Source: an uncultured Ruminococcus sp.
GTDB lineage: Bacteria; Bacillota; Clostridia; Oscillospirales; Ruminococcaceae
Direction: 5' to 3'
NCBI GenBank assembly: GCA_902780505.1
Contig: CACZFN010000006.1
Coordinates: forward strand, 18,656 to 82,655
DNA: 64,000 nucleotides
Part shown: positions 10,875 to 20,764 of the stretch, one piece after another
Numbering within the stretch: the first letter of the stretch is position 1
Layout of the letters: every line of letters begins with the position of its first letter
The notes under the pieces: model-generated
The model's input: only the letters and a program-made list of their open reading frames with translations
Databases searched by the model: none
Told to the model about the DNA's origin: nothing
Position numbers and translations under genes: made by a program

Positions 10875-11138
10875 ATGCCGAATATTATTCCGATATCAGA
10901 TCTTAATAATTATGCAAATGTGCTGCAAAATGTGGCTGTAGGCTCTCCTGTTTACCTTACTAAAGACGGCAGAGGAAAATATGCGATAGTCGATATATCA
11001 GAACATGAAGAATACGAAAAGACAAAAGCGGCTTTACGGCTTATGTGTGAGCTTGAAAAGGGAAGAAAATCGGCAGAGGAAAGCGGGTATATCACGGCAG
11101 AAGATGTCAGGGCGCATTTTAAGGATAAAAAGCTATGA
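10875..11138 (+). CDS. Type II antitoxin, Phd/YefM-like
   Basis: 87 aa. MPNIIPISDLNNYANVLQNV..PVYLTKDGRGKYAIVDISEHE. Its stop overlaps the next ATG (ATGA). Confidence 0.7.
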   Translation: MPNIIPISDLNNYANVLQNVAVGSPVYLTKDGRGKYAIVDISEHEEYEKTKAALRLMCELEKGRKSAEESGYITAEDVRAHFKDKKL

Positions 11139-11449
11139 ATAAGGTGAGTTATTCGCCAATGGCTTTAAATGATCTTGATGATATATGGGAGTATATCACA
11201 TACAGGCTTTCTGCCCCAAATGCGGCTGAGAAAACTATTAATGGTATACTTGATGCAGTTGACAGACTCAACGATCATTCAAAGCTTGGTGCACCGCTTT
11301 ATTTTGAGAGTGGTCTTTTCAGCGGCTACAGATATGTCAGGTATAAAGAATACCTTGCGTTTTACCGCATAAGTGGTAATGATGTCATGGTGGACAGAGT
11401 GATTTACGGCAGGCGGGATTATATGACGATCCTGTTCGGGAATCTATGA
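11135..11449 (+). CDS. Type II toxin, RelE/ParE family
   Basis: 104 aa. ALNDLDDIWEYI...YRYVRYKEYLAFYRISGNDVMVDRVIYGRRDY is typical ParE/RelE. 4-nt overlap with the antitoxin gene. Confidence 0.75.
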   Translation: MNKVSYSPMALNDLDDIWEYITYRLSAPNAAEKTINGILDAVDRLNDHSKLGAPLYFESGLFSGYRYVRYKEYLAFYRISGNDVMVDRVIYGRRDYMTILFGNL

Positions 11450-11567
11450 CAAGCATTTGTTATAATCGTAATTTAAGCCGAAAGGCTTAATATATAAGTG
11501 AGCAGTGAAGGCGGGCGGCTTCCGGCTTTCTGCCGTTCATTTCTTACAACTAAAGGAGGAAATTATT

Positions 11568-14018
11568 ATGAAGTTTGGTTTCTTTGATGACGCAAATAAG
11601 GAATACGTCATCACCAACCCGAGAACACCCTATCCGTGGATAAATTACCTCGGAACACAGGAGTTTTTCTCGCTTATCTCAAATACCGCAGGCGGTTACA
11701 GCTTCTTCAAGGACGCAAGACTCAGGAGGATCACAAGATACCGTTACAACAATGTCCCTGTTGATATGGGCGGCAGATACTTCTACATCAATGACGGCGA
11801 AACTGTATGGAACCCCGGCTGGAGTCCTGTAAAGACAGAGCTTGACAGCTATTCCTGCCGCCACGGTATAGGGTATACTGTGATAAAGGGCGAAAAGAAC
11901 GGCATTTCTGCTGAGGTGACATTCTTTGTTCCGCAGAACTTCAACGGTGAGGTTCAGAAAATGGTGCTCAAAAACACATCTGACAAGGAAAAGAGCTTCA
12001 AGCTTTTCTCGTTCCTTGAATGGTGCTTATGGAATGCACAGGACGACGGCGAGAACTTCCAGAGAAACTTCAACACAGGTGAAGTTGAGATAGAGGGTTC
12101 TACTATCTTCCACAAGACAGAATACAAGGAAAGACGTGACCACTTTGCATTCTATACAGTAAATACGGACATCTGCGGTTATGACACCGACAGGGAAACG
12201 TTTATGGGGCTTTACAACGGCTTTGCAAATCCGCAGGCTGTATTTGCAGGCAAGTCAAACAATTCTGTAGCTGACGGCTGGTCGCCGATAGCTTCACACT
12301 GCATAGATGTGACACTTAAAGCGGGCGAGGAGAAGGCTATAGTATTCATGCTCGGTTACGTTGAAAACGGCGAAAACAAGTGGAATGCTGACGGTACGAT
12401 GAACAAGTCGAAGGCTTATGAAATGATAGAAGCTATGAACACCGCCGAGAAGGCTGACAAGGCGCTTGAGGAGTTAAAGGCTTCATGGAATGCACTTCTT
12501 TCACAGTACCATGTTGAAACAGCTGACGACAAATTAAACCGTATGGTAAACATCTGGAACCAGTACCAGTGCATGGTAACATTCAATATGTCAAGGTCTG
12601 CTTCCTACTTTGAAAGCGGCATTGGCAGAGGCATGGGCTTCCGTGACTCAAATCAGGACTTGCTCGGATTTGTTCACCAGATACCTGACAGGGCAAGAGA
12701 GCGTATCCTTGACCTTGCGGCAACACAGTTTGAGGACGGCGGGTGCTATCACCAGTATCAGCCCCTTACCAAGAAGGGCAACGATGCTATCGGCGGCGAC
12801 TTCTCGGACGATCCGCTGTGGATGATACTTTCCACCGCACAGTACATAAAGGAAACGGGCGACTATTCGATACTTGACGAGCAGGTGCCTTATGACAATG
12901 ACGAGAGCAAGGCACAGAGCATGATGCATCACCTGAAGATGAGTTTCTGGCACGTTGCAAACTTTGTGGGACCGCACGGTCTGCCGCTTGCAATGCGTGC
13001 TGACTGGAACGACTGCCTTAACCTTTCCTGCCATTCTGACATACCCGGTGAGAGCTTCCAGACATATACATCACCCAAGTACGGCAAGGAGAAGTTCAGC
13101 CGTGTAGCGGAATCTGTAATGGTTGCGTGCATGATGTCGTTCATAGGGCCTGAGTATGTTGCGCTTTGCAAATACAAGGGGCTTGATGATGAAGCTGCAA
13201 AGGCACAGGCTGAAATAGACAAGATGAACAAGAACACACTTGAACACGCATGGGACGGCGAGTGGTTCATAAGAGCATATGATGACTTCGGCGAGAAGGT
13301 TGGTTCAAAGGAATGCGAGGAAGGCAAGATATTCATTGAGCCGCAGGGCTTTGCTGTAATGGGCGGCCTTGGCAAGGAATCGGGCAAGGACATAATAACG
13401 CTCAATTCCGTAAAGAAGTATCTTGATTCAAAGTACGGGCTTGTTCTCAACAACCCTGCATTCACAAAGTATTACAAGCAGTACGGCGAGATATCCACAT
13501 ACCCTGCCGGCTACAAGGAGAACGCAGGTATATTCTGCCACAACAACGCATGGATAATCTGTGCTGAGGCAGTAGCAGGCCGCGGCGATCAGGCTTTTGA
13601 ATACTATTCAAAGATAGCACCTGCATATCTTGAGGACATTTCTGACTTGCACAGGACAGAGCCTTATGTATACGCACAGATGATAGCCGGCAAGGATGCC
13701 AAACGCCACGGCGAGGCAAAGAACAGCTGGCTGACAGGTACAGCTGCATGGAACTTTGTAGCTATTTCGCAGTATATACTCGGCATTATCCCTGATTACG
13801 AGGGACTGAAGATAGATCCTTCTATCCCTGAGGGTTGGGACGGCTTCAAAGTGACAAGAAAGTTCCGCGGCAACACATACAACATCACCATCACAAACCC
13901 TGAGCACGTTTCAAAGGGCATCAAGAGCGTTACCTGCGACGGCGTAAAGGTAAGCGGCAATGTACTCCCTGTATTTGATGCAGGCACAGAGCACACTGTT
14001 GAGGTAGTAATGGGCTGA
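11568..14018 (+). CDS. cbpA: Cellobiose phosphorylase (GH94)
   Basis: Start at [29 protein letters not shown] (AAAGGAGG RBS). About 816 aa with strong end-to-end resemblance to clostridial cellobiose phosphorylases. Confidence 0.9.
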   Translation: MKFGFFDDANKEYVITNPRTPYPWINYLGTQEFFSLISNTAGGYSFFKDARLRRITRYRYNNVPVDMGGRYFYINDGETVWNPGWSPVKTELDSYSCRHGIGYTVIKGEKNGISAEVTFFVPQNFNGEVQKMVLKNTSDKEKSFKLFSFLEWCLWNAQDDGENFQRNFNTGEVEIEGSTIFHKTEYKERRDHFAFYTVNTDICGYDTDRETFMGLYNGFANPQAVFAGKSNNSVADGWSPIASHCIDVTLKAGEEKAIVFMLGYVENGENKWNADGTMNKSKAYEMIEAMNTAEKADKALEELKASWNALLSQYHVETADDKLNRMVNIWNQYQCMVTFNMSRSASYFESGIGRGMGFRDSNQDLLGFVHQIPDRARERILDLAATQFEDGGCYHQYQPLTKKGNDAIGGDFSDDPLWMILSTAQYIKETGDYSILDEQVPYDNDESKAQSMMHHLKMSFWHVANFVGPHGLPLAMRADWNDCLNLSCHSDIPGESFQTYTSPKYGKEKFSRVAESVMVACMMSFIGPEYVALCKYKGLDDEAAKAQAEIDKMNKNTLEHAWDGEWFIRAYDDFGEKVGSKECEEGKIFIEPQGFAVMGGLGKESGKDIITLNSVKKYLDSKYGLVLNNPAFTKYYKQYGEISTYPAGYKENAGIFCHNNAWIICAEAVAGRGDQAFEYYSKIAPAYLEDISDLHRTEPYVYAQMIAGKDAKRHGEAKNSWLTGTAAWNFVAISQYILGIIPDYEGLKIDPSIPEGWDGFKVTRKFRGNTYNITITNPEHVSKGIKSVTCDGVKVSGNVLPVFDAGTEHTVEVVMG

Positions 14019-14055
14019 TAACAGCGCAGATGTGCTGAATGAACAGAAAAGAAAA

Positions 14056-14086
14056 AGAGGTATCGGCAAAAACGGTACCTCTTTTT
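14056..14086 (+). terminator. Intrinsic terminator after GH94 gene
   Basis: 10-bp stem (one G-U) AGAGGTATCG/CGGTACCTCT followed by TTTT. Confidence 0.7.
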
Positions 14087-14091
14087 ATATA

Positions 14092-14122
14092 AACAAAAGC
14101 GGCTGCACCCGAAAGTGCAGCC
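14092..14122 (-). terminator. Intrinsic terminator after SGNH esterase gene
   Basis: GGCTGCAC-CCGAAA-GTGCAGCC. On the minus strand it is followed by GCTTTTGTTT. Confidence 0.7.
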
Positions 14123-14146
14123 GTCAGTTATTTAGTATTCATTTTA

Positions 14147-15496
14147 TCAGCTGATAAGCCAGTCAAGGATCCTGAAGTCAACCACATCAGCTTCATCGAC
14201 TTTGACTTCGACTGTATGCTTTGCCTTAGCGTCAGATGTATAGATCTCCTGACCGTATGCATAGTCGCCCCAGCCGTTGGGGAAGTCACCGTCGAGAAGT
14301 GCAACGCTTTCGCCGTCGATAAACACTTCTGCCTTACCCATAAGCCCCTTTGCGGACTTATAGAATATAACGCCCAGGTTACGGAATTCCATTTCAAATT
14401 TGATAGAGCCTGCATCAAGAGTTTCCCAGCCGCCGGTGAACTTCTGGAAATTGGTTTCCTCTGTGAAAGTACCCTCGTCAATAACTTTTACAAGGTCGGG
14501 TGTTTCGCGCGAGCCTATTGTGGCATCTGCGTAAACGTCACCGGTCTCACTTTCAGCGCTGAAAGCGGAAACAGAAGATGTATCAATGCTGTCAAGGTTT
14601 GCGACAACATCTTCAAGGTAGCTTGTGATAAGCTTTGTCAAAAGCGGGTGGCCTGTATTATTGGGGTGGATATTATCGTTTGATATTATCTTCCAGTCGA
14701 GTGTACCCGCTGCTACTTCGGGGTAAACAGCATCGTGGTAGGATATTGTGGGGAGGTCATAATGCTTAGCTATTACCTCGTGAACGTCCTGGAGTGATGT
14801 GCCGTTATCCTGCGTCATGATTATAAGCACGACTGCGGGGTTATTTTCCTGTGACATACACTTTCTGATAAGGCTGTCATAGCTTTTTTCGTTGAGAACA
14901 GGATCAACGTCATTTACGGAGAATTCGATAAAGATAACATCAGGGTTATAGGAGAGGACATCTCTGTCCACCCTATGAACGCCGATATAGGAATCGGTAG
15001 CGCCGATACCTGCGTTTACAACGATAGACTTTCTTGTTACGTTATCGTGCCACCACTGGCCGACTGCGTTTACATACTGGTTATTGCCGCTTGCCGACGA
15101 ACCCTGTGTGATAGAGCCGCCGATAAATGCGATAGTCTGAGCGTCGTCAGCCTTGATATCGAGAGCCTGCCCCTTTTTGATCATTGCTGCGAGCCTTGCC
15201 TGATCGCCCTTATTGAGGACAGACCTGCCGAGCATATTCTCGGTGGGGAGATCACTCTCCTTCAGTGCAGTTTCGGAAACGGGGAACTTATCTGTTCCGT
15301 ACTTGCCGTCGCCGTTTTGTGCAGTGCTGCCGTCGTCAGAGGAACCGTCGCCGCTGCCTGAGCTGTCAGTCTGTGATGTGCTTTCAGGAGCCGAAGATGC
15401 CGAACTATCGGCAGATGAAGCGTCATCACCGCAGGAAGCAAGGCACATTACCGCCAAAGATAAAGCCATTGCCGCTGTCAGTATTTTTTTGAACAT
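14147..15496 (-). CDS. SGNH/GDSL hydrolase lipoprotein (carbohydrate esterase-like) with C-terminal beta-sandwich domain
   Basis: Lipobox LAVMCLASCGD. Block I FIGGSITQG, block III-type FSVNDV, block V DNIHPNNTGH. Confidence 0.75.
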   Translation of the reverse strand: MFKKILTAAMALSLAVMCLASCGDDASSADSSASSAPESTSQTDSSGSGDGSSDDGSTAQNGDGKYGTDKFPVSETALKESDLPTENMLGRSVLNKGDQARLAAMIKKGQALDIKADDAQTIAFIGGSITQGSSASGNNQYVNAVGQWWHDNVTRKSIVVNAGIGATDSYIGVHRVDRDVLSYNPDVIFIEFSVNDVDPVLNEKSYDSLIRKCMSQENNPAVVLIIMTQDNGTSLQDVHEVIAKHYDLPTISYHDAVYPEVAAGTLDWKIISNDNIHPNNTGHPLLTKLITSYLEDVVANLDSIDTSSVSAFSAESETGDVYADATIGSRETPDLVKVIDEGTFTEETNFQKFTGGWETLDAGSIKFEMEFRNLGVIFYKSAKGLMGKAEVFIDGESVALLDGDFPNGWGDYAYGQEIYTSDAKAKHTVEVKVDEADVVDFRILDWLIS

Positions 15497-15575
15497 AGCT
15501 TGTCTTTCCTTTCAATATAAAGATTTTGCAAATATATTATATACCAATTATTCTTAAATGTAAATAGATATTTTC

Positions 15576-16346
15576 TTAATTTCCGGTTTTATAGCCTATC
15601 TTTATCGTATCGACTTCTATTGACACGCCCTTGCTTTTTGAAATGGGAAGCTTCTGTTCTTCTGTAAAGCCGATAGTTTCACCGGGGTGAAGAACAGCAT
15701 CTTCAAGTATAACATACTCGGCGATACTGAGCATAAAGCTGAAAAGTTCGGCAGGCTGTGCAAGCGAGCCTATCACTTCTATCTCGTCCTTGCCGAAAAG
15801 GGACATACCGACTGTATAGGCATTCATCTTGCCCTGTGAGAGGTACATACCCACGTGAATTGCGATAGGTGTAGGGAATTCGCCGTGTTTCATGACTTCG
15901 GCGATATTTATATAGAATTCCTTACTATATGCTGTGGGGTACTTATAGATACCGATCGCGTTTTTGAGTGAGAGCATAGATGCGGCGACTTTTGCAAAAA
16001 GCTTGCTTTGTTCTACGGGTGTTCCGTTATTTGACATTATAGCTATCATACAGTGTGCCTTATGCTTTGCGACTTCTTCGGCGGCGTTTTTCCATGTAAC
16101 GCTGTTTTTAGCGTTTTCTTCAGCTTCGCCGTTTGGTACGGGGGAGGGCATGAGCGAGCAGGCTACAAGCATATCGTTTATACGCATAACTACCGAGCCG
16201 TCCTTGACATCATCATTTGAAACATCAAGGTGCCAGTCCTCCGTAAGTGCGTGACGGAAGCGCGGCCAGTCAAGGTTTGCGTCCTCCAGCAGCACGAAAC
16301 CTAAAATATTACTGCGCTGTGTTTTTACATTTTCGTTTTCTGCCAT
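15576..16346 (-). CDS. Hypothetical protein (DUF4261-like)
   Basis: 256-aa ORF with RBS GGAAAGGAAG. The family guess is from overall resemblance only. Confidence 0.4.
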   Translation of the reverse strand: MAENENVKTQRSNILGFVLLEDANLDWPRFRHALTEDWHLDVSNDDVKDGSVVMRINDMLVACSLMPSPVPNGEAEENAKNSVTWKNAAEEVAKHKAHCMIAIMSNNGTPVEQSKLFAKVAASMLSLKNAIGIYKYPTAYSKEFYINIAEVMKHGEFPTPIAIHVGMYLSQGKMNAYTVGMSLFGKDEIEVIGSLAQPAELFSFMLSIAEYVILEDAVLHPGETIGFTEEQKLPISKSKGVSIEVDTIKIGYKTGN

Positions 16347-16366
16347 GATAATCTTCCTTTCCTTTG

Positions 16367-16493
16367 TTAAGGCAACACCGCACGACTACCGCCTGACGGC
16401 TTTGCACGTCATAAACTTGCATATTTTCCGTCATAGTAACCAAAAACTCCTTGACTTACGTCAGTGTACAATAGTCGTGCGGTGTTGCCTTAA
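16367..16493. repeat. 127-bp element bounded by a perfect 22-bp inverted repeat (element E1)
   Basis: TTAAGGCAACACCGCACGACTA (16367..16388) and its exact reverse complement (16472..16493), with an 83-bp interior. It lies in the 5' leader of the minus-strand gene at 15576..16346. Confidence 0.85.
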
Positions 16494-16506
16494 GGTGTAC
16501 TACACC

Positions 16507-16535
16507 ATTATATCACAAAACACAAAATATAGCAA
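16507..16535 (-). promoter_or_regulatory. Extended -10 promoter reading into E1 and the 15576..16346 gene
   Basis: Minus strand: TTGCTA (16535..16530), 17-nt spacer, TGa-TATAAT (16515..16507). Confidence 0.6.
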
Positions 16536-16573
16536 TAGTCACAGGAAATTTTAGCACATATAGCACAAAAATC

Positions 16574-16602
16574 TTGACAGGCGGGGCTATACGTGGTATA
16601 CT
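16574..16602 (+). promoter_or_regulatory. Extended -10 promoter for glycosyltransferase gene
   Basis: TTGACA (16574..16579), 17-nt spacer, TGg-TATACT (16594..16602). Confidence 0.6.
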
Positions 16603-16643
16603 TGTTATAACAACGACCACATTCAGGACAAGGGGGTGCATAT

Positions 16644-17474
16644 ATGGCAAATGAAAGCCTGCCCAAATATTCTGCACTTATGTGCGTTTACGATAAAGAG
16701 ATCCCCGCGAACTTCAACGACAGCCTTGAAAGTATGCTTATGCAGACCTATCCGCCGAGTGAATTTGTACTGGTATGTGACGGAAAGCTCACAAACGAGC
16801 TCAACATTATAGCAAAATCCTTTGAAAGCGAATTCAAAGAGATATTCAGGATAATCAGGATAGAGGAGAATGTAAGTCTTGGCCAGGCGCTCAATATCGG
16901 GATAGCTTCATGCAAGAATGATTACATAATCAAGATGGATTCTGACGATATTTCCGAGCCTGACAGGTGCGAAACGCAGATGCGTATTTTTGCACTTGAC
17001 GCCGACCTTGACATATTAGGCGGGTATGTAGAGGAATTTGACAGCGAAACAGGCAAGACATTAGCCTTGAAAAAATGTCCCCTTTACCATGATGAAATAA
17101 AGAGATTTGCAAGGCGCAGAAACCCGTTCAACAGGCAGACGGTGGCTTTTAAAAAATCAAAGGCTTTTAAATCGGGCGGGTACACAGACCTGCCATATTG
17201 TTCGGATTATGAATTTGCGGTGAGAATGCTTTCAAAGGGGGCAAAGGCGCAGAACATTCCGAAGATGCTTGTGAGATACCGTGTATATCAGCGCTACAGG
17301 AAGAAGAAGCGCTGGGCAAACACAAAATCGTTTATAATAGTACGCCACAGGATATACAAATCGGGGTATTCGTCGTTTTTTGATTTTATGATACCTGTAT
17401 GTGCACAGCTTATGATGTTTTTGCTGCCTGACAGGTTTACACATTTTGTTTACAAGAAATTTTTACGTGAATAG
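16644..17474 (+). CDS. Family 2 glycosyltransferase
   Basis: YSALMCVYDKE.., VLVCDG, MDSDDISEPDR (DxD region). C-terminal membrane-associated tail. Confidence 0.8.
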   Translation: MANESLPKYSALMCVYDKEIPANFNDSLESMLMQTYPPSEFVLVCDGKLTNELNIIAKSFESEFKEIFRIIRIEENVSLGQALNIGIASCKNDYIIKMDSDDISEPDRCETQMRIFALDADLDILGGYVEEFDSETGKTLALKKCPLYHDEIKRFARRRNPFNRQTVAFKKSKAFKSGGYTDLPYCSDYEFAVRMLSKGAKAQNIPKMLVRYRVYQRYRKKKRWANTKSFIIVRHRIYKSGYSSFFDFMIPVCAQLMMFLLPDRFTHFVYKKFLRE

Positions 17475-17503
17475 ACCGGCATGAAATTGAAAGGAAAAGG
17501 AAA

Positions 17504-19198
17504 ATGAAAGAAAAGAAAACACTAAAGCGCACACTATGTGCGCTTACCGCGGCTGTGCTTTTATGTATGACTGCTTGCGGGAGTACGGACAGCAGTGCGG
17601 ACGCTTCTTCGGATTCGGCGGACAGCAGTTCATCTGCGGCAGGGGACAGCTCTCAGGGCGAGGGCGGTGAAAAGACATCAGAATACACAAGAGAGCGCCT
17701 TGACATACCTGTTGAGGAGGTAACGGAAACAAGGGGTGACCTTGACCTGTCAGACGTACAGAACGAAAGCAGTGTACCCGCGGATTTTGAAGCATTTTCG
17801 GAAGCGGAGGACTGTAAGTACAGCGACAGTGTAAAGATAATCGACAAGGGCGTTTTCGGCGAGTTCAGCGGAAAGGGCTTTGCGGCACTTGGTTCAGAGG
17901 GGGATATAGTGGAATTTGAGGTGGATTTCCCTGAAACAGGTGCGTATGATTTTCACTTTATGGCGGCGTGTTCAAGCCCTTCGACAAACGCCGTTTATGT
18001 AGACGGCAGGGAAGCGGCGACTTTTGAAACGCAGGGTAAGGAGTTTTATGATTCCGCCGCTGAAAAGGTCGATATTGAAAAGGGAAAGCATAAAGTTGGT
18101 GTGATCTCCAAGGACGGCGGCATTGCGATAGACAGCATAACCATAAAAGCGGCGGCACTTGTTGACCTTGACCAGTTCAAGATAGACAAGACGCTTTCAA
18201 ACCCGAATGCTTCTGACGAAACAAAGCGGCTTTACAGCTTCCTTTGTGACGTTTACGGAAAGTATATCATATCGGGGCAGTATTCAGCTGACAACCGCGG
18301 CAAGGACGGGCCTGAGTTTGACGAGTTCATGCTTAAAACAGGCAAGTACCCTGCAATGATGGGGCTTGACCTTATAGAAGCTTCCCCCAACCGCGCAGAA
18401 CACGGTTCTTCGCCGGGGCTTATAGTTGAAACGGCCAAGGACTGGTACGACAACAACGGCATAGTTACGATCTGCTGGCACTGGAACCACCCGTCTGACG
18501 ATTACATAAAGGGCAGTTCGGCATGGTGGGAAGGGTTCTACACAAAGAACTCAAACTTCTCGCTTGCAAAGGCACTCAGCGGTGAAGATCCTGCGGGGTA
18601 CGATTACCTTATAAGGGACATTGATGCCATTGCTATGTATTTACAGGAGCTTGACGATTACCACGTTCCTGTTTTATGGCGCCCGCTTCATGAGGGCGGC
18701 GGTGATCCCAAGTGGAACAACCCGTGGTTCTGGTGGGGTTCGTCGGGGGCCGATGCGTACAAGGAGTTATGGAAGCTTATGTATGACAGGCTTACAAACT
18801 ACCACCACTGCAACAATCTCATATGGGTATGGAACGGTCAGAATGTTGACTACTACCCCGGCGACGAATATGTTGACATAATGGGTTATGACAGCTACCC
18901 CGAGGTACACGGTGATCATTCACCGCAGAAGGGGCTGTGGGATTACACAAAGAGCACAACACAAACCAAGAAGATAATAGCCATGACAGAAAACGGCGCT
19001 ATACCTGATCCTGACAGCTGTTTTACTGAAGGTATAAGGTGGGCATACTTCTGCACATGGAACGGCGAGTTCATACTAAAGGACTTCCAGCTTGGGTGCG
19101 AGCATAATGAGCTTGATTACATTAAGAAGATAATGGACCACGAGAGGGTACTGACACTTGACGAGATGCCTAATCTAAAGGCCTGGCCGATCGAATAA
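17504..19198 (+). CDS. GH26 beta-mannanase lipoprotein with N-terminal CBM-like module
   Basis: Lipobox LLCMTACGS. CBM6/35-like segment. Catalytic region TICWHWNHP, VLWRPLHEGGG..WFWWG, IWVWNG, MGYDSYP, AMTENGA is typical GH26. Confidence 0.8.
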   Translation: MKEKKTLKRTLCALTAAVLLCMTACGSTDSSADASSDSADSSSSAAGDSSQGEGGEKTSEYTRERLDIPVEEVTETRGDLDLSDVQNESSVPADFEAFSEAEDCKYSDSVKIIDKGVFGEFSGKGFAALGSEGDIVEFEVDFPETGAYDFHFMAACSSPSTNAVYVDGREAATFETQGKEFYDSAAEKVDIEKGKHKVGVISKDGGIAIDSITIKAAALVDLDQFKIDKTLSNPNASDETKRLYSFLCDVYGKYIISGQYSADNRGKDGPEFDEFMLKTGKYPAMMGLDLIEASPNRAEHGSSPGLIVETAKDWYDNNGIVTICWHWNHPSDDYIKGSSAWWEGFYTKNSNFSLAKALSGEDPAGYDYLIRDIDAIAMYLQELDDYHVPVLWRPLHEGGGDPKWNNPWFWWGSSGADAYKELWKLMYDRLTNYHHCNNLIWVWNGQNVDYYPGDEYVDIMGYDSYPEVHGDHSPQKGLWDYTKSTTQTKKIIAMTENGAIPDPDSCFTEGIRWAYFCTWNGEFILKDFQLGCEHNELDYIKKIMDHERVLTLDEMPNLKAWPIE

Positions 19199-19217
19199 CA
19201 GCATACATATAAATAAA

Positions 19218-19257
19218 ACCCGCAGCAGGAAGGAAAACTGCTGCGGGTGATATTTTT
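19218..19257 (+). terminator. Intrinsic terminator after GH26 gene
   Basis: ACCCGCAGCAG...CTGCTGCGGGT followed by GATATTTTT. Confidence 0.7.
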
Positions 19258-19277
19258 ATGATGCGGGCTGCCATATA

Positions 19278-19541
19278 TCAGCTCAGCTCTTTTTGCGAAA
19301 AATCCATGAGTGCGTCATAAACCGCCTGTTCATCACCGCCGTTTATTAGGAAGTCGATATTGTCATTTTTGACAACGCCGAGCCCCATAAGCATCATAAG
19401 GTGCGTGGCTTCGACTGTCTTGTCGCCTTTTTTTACTGTGATAGTTGTCCGGGGGAAGCTTTTTGCAAGCTTTACGAGCATTACAGCAGGTCTGCCATGT
19501 ATGCCGACTTCGTTGGTGACTGTGAAATTCAGTGTTTTCAT
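19278..19541 (-). CDS. ptsH: HPr-family phosphocarrier protein lacking canonical Ser46
   Basis: GIHGRPA (His15 motif). By-eye alignment to B. subtilis HPr: KTVNLKSIMGVMSLG versus KTVEATHLMMLMGLG puts His at the Ser46 position. Confidence 0.75.
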   Translation of the reverse strand: MKTLNFTVTNEVGIHGRPAVMLVKLAKSFPRTTITVKKGDKTVEATHLMMLMGLGVVKNDNIDFLINGGDEQAVYDALMDFSQKELS

Positions 19542-19551
19542 AAGCTTTCTC

Positions 19552-20718
19552 CTATCTGATATCTTTTGATGCCTTAACTGTTATTTTTAGTATTACGAGC
19601 CCGGTACAGAGCAGCACCGCGCTTACGGGGAGTATCAGTATAGCCTTAGCGTAGCCTGCATACTCGACAAGAGAGCCGAAAAAGGCGTTGAAGCCTATAT
19701 CAAAAAATGTGGCTATACTTAATATAAGCCCTGTTGCTGAGCCTGAGGAGGAGGTGTCAAAATACCTGCCTATAAGCATCACGAGCATAGGGTAAACTAT
19801 TGACAGCCCAAGCCCTGAAGCGGCAAGCAGCCACATACCGTTTTTACCGAGAGCTATACCCGTTACATACAGTACGACACCCGCAAACGACCAGACAAGC
19901 AGGCACCTGAACACACCGAGCCTGTCGATAAGCGGGGCAAAGACGAGCCGCCCGACTGTTATACCGCCGAAGAACATTGAAAGATAAAAAGCGGAACGCG
20001 GCACCGAAAGCCCGAGATGCTCACTGCCATATGAGGTGAGCCAGTTCATAAGCCCGTGTTCAGCGACGAAGTAGAAGCCGCAGATAAATACGAGCAGTAT
20101 ACTTGCGGGGTTTTTAAGTATTTGTACGGGGGTGGGCCTGGCGGAAACATCTGCCGATGTTTCGGGGAGGTCAAGGGTAAAGAGCAGAACAAAGCAGACA
20201 CCCGCCGCAAGCAGGAGTACAAGGTTTGCGGTATGCCATGCCTTTAAGCCGTCTGCAAAGCGCCCGATGACATTTTGCGAAAGTGTGATACCGACACCCT
20301 GAACGAAATTGAATATACTTACAAACATAGCCGGGGAAGCGAAAACAAGCGGGGTTATTATATTAACGCTTGTAGAGATCATAGTTGAGCCGCCCATTGA
20401 AAACATCATAGCGGCAAGCAGGAGGTAATAGTTTTCTGTAAGCACATAGCTAAGCAGTGCTGCTGAGAACAGAAGCATAACGCCTGCAAGGAAGCGCTTT
20501 CTGTTCACCCTGTCGGATATATAACCGCCGAGCGAAAGAAAGAGGAGATTGCCCACATAGCTTATCATTATTATCCTGCCCGCCTGAGGTTCCGAAAGCG
20601 AGAAGGCGTTTTTAAACTGCGGCAGGAACACGCCCCTCAGTGAATCGGACGCCGCGGTTATCATCATTACGAGCACACAGAACAGTGCGGCTGATATTTT
20701 ACTTTTCTTTTTTTCCAT
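19552..20718 (-). CDS. MFS transporter
   Basis: 388 aa with about 12 hydrophobic segments. GGYISDRVNRKR loop motif between TM2 and TM3. Confidence 0.8.
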   Translation of the reverse strand: MEKKKSKISAALFCVLVMMITAASDSLRGVFLPQFKNAFSLSEPQAGRIIMISYVGNLLFLSLGGYISDRVNRKRFLAGVMLLFSAALLSYVLTENYYLLLAAMMFSMGGSTMISTSVNIITPLVFASPAMFVSIFNFVQGVGITLSQNVIGRFADGLKAWHTANLVLLLAAGVCFVLLFTLDLPETSADVSARPTPVQILKNPASILLVFICGFYFVAEHGLMNWLTSYGSEHLGLSVPRSAFYLSMFFGGITVGRLVFAPLIDRLGVFRCLLVWSFAGVVLYVTGIALGKNGMWLLAASGLGLSIVYPMLVMLIGRYFDTSSSGSATGLILSIATFFDIGFNAFFGSLVEYAGYAKAILILPVSAVLLCTGLVILKITVKASKDIR

Positions 20719-20764
20719 AATACCGAAACAGCGCCCGCTTTATTAATGAAACGGGCGCAGATCA

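Noticed and set aside
16306-16434. 43-codon minus-strand ORF starting inside E1 (MTENMQVYDVQSRQAVVVRCCLNKGKEDYHGRKRKCKNTAQ).
   Set aside because: The GGAG is 12 nt from the ATG, and the ORF overlaps the downstream gene start out of frame. It is kept only as a note under the E1 finding.
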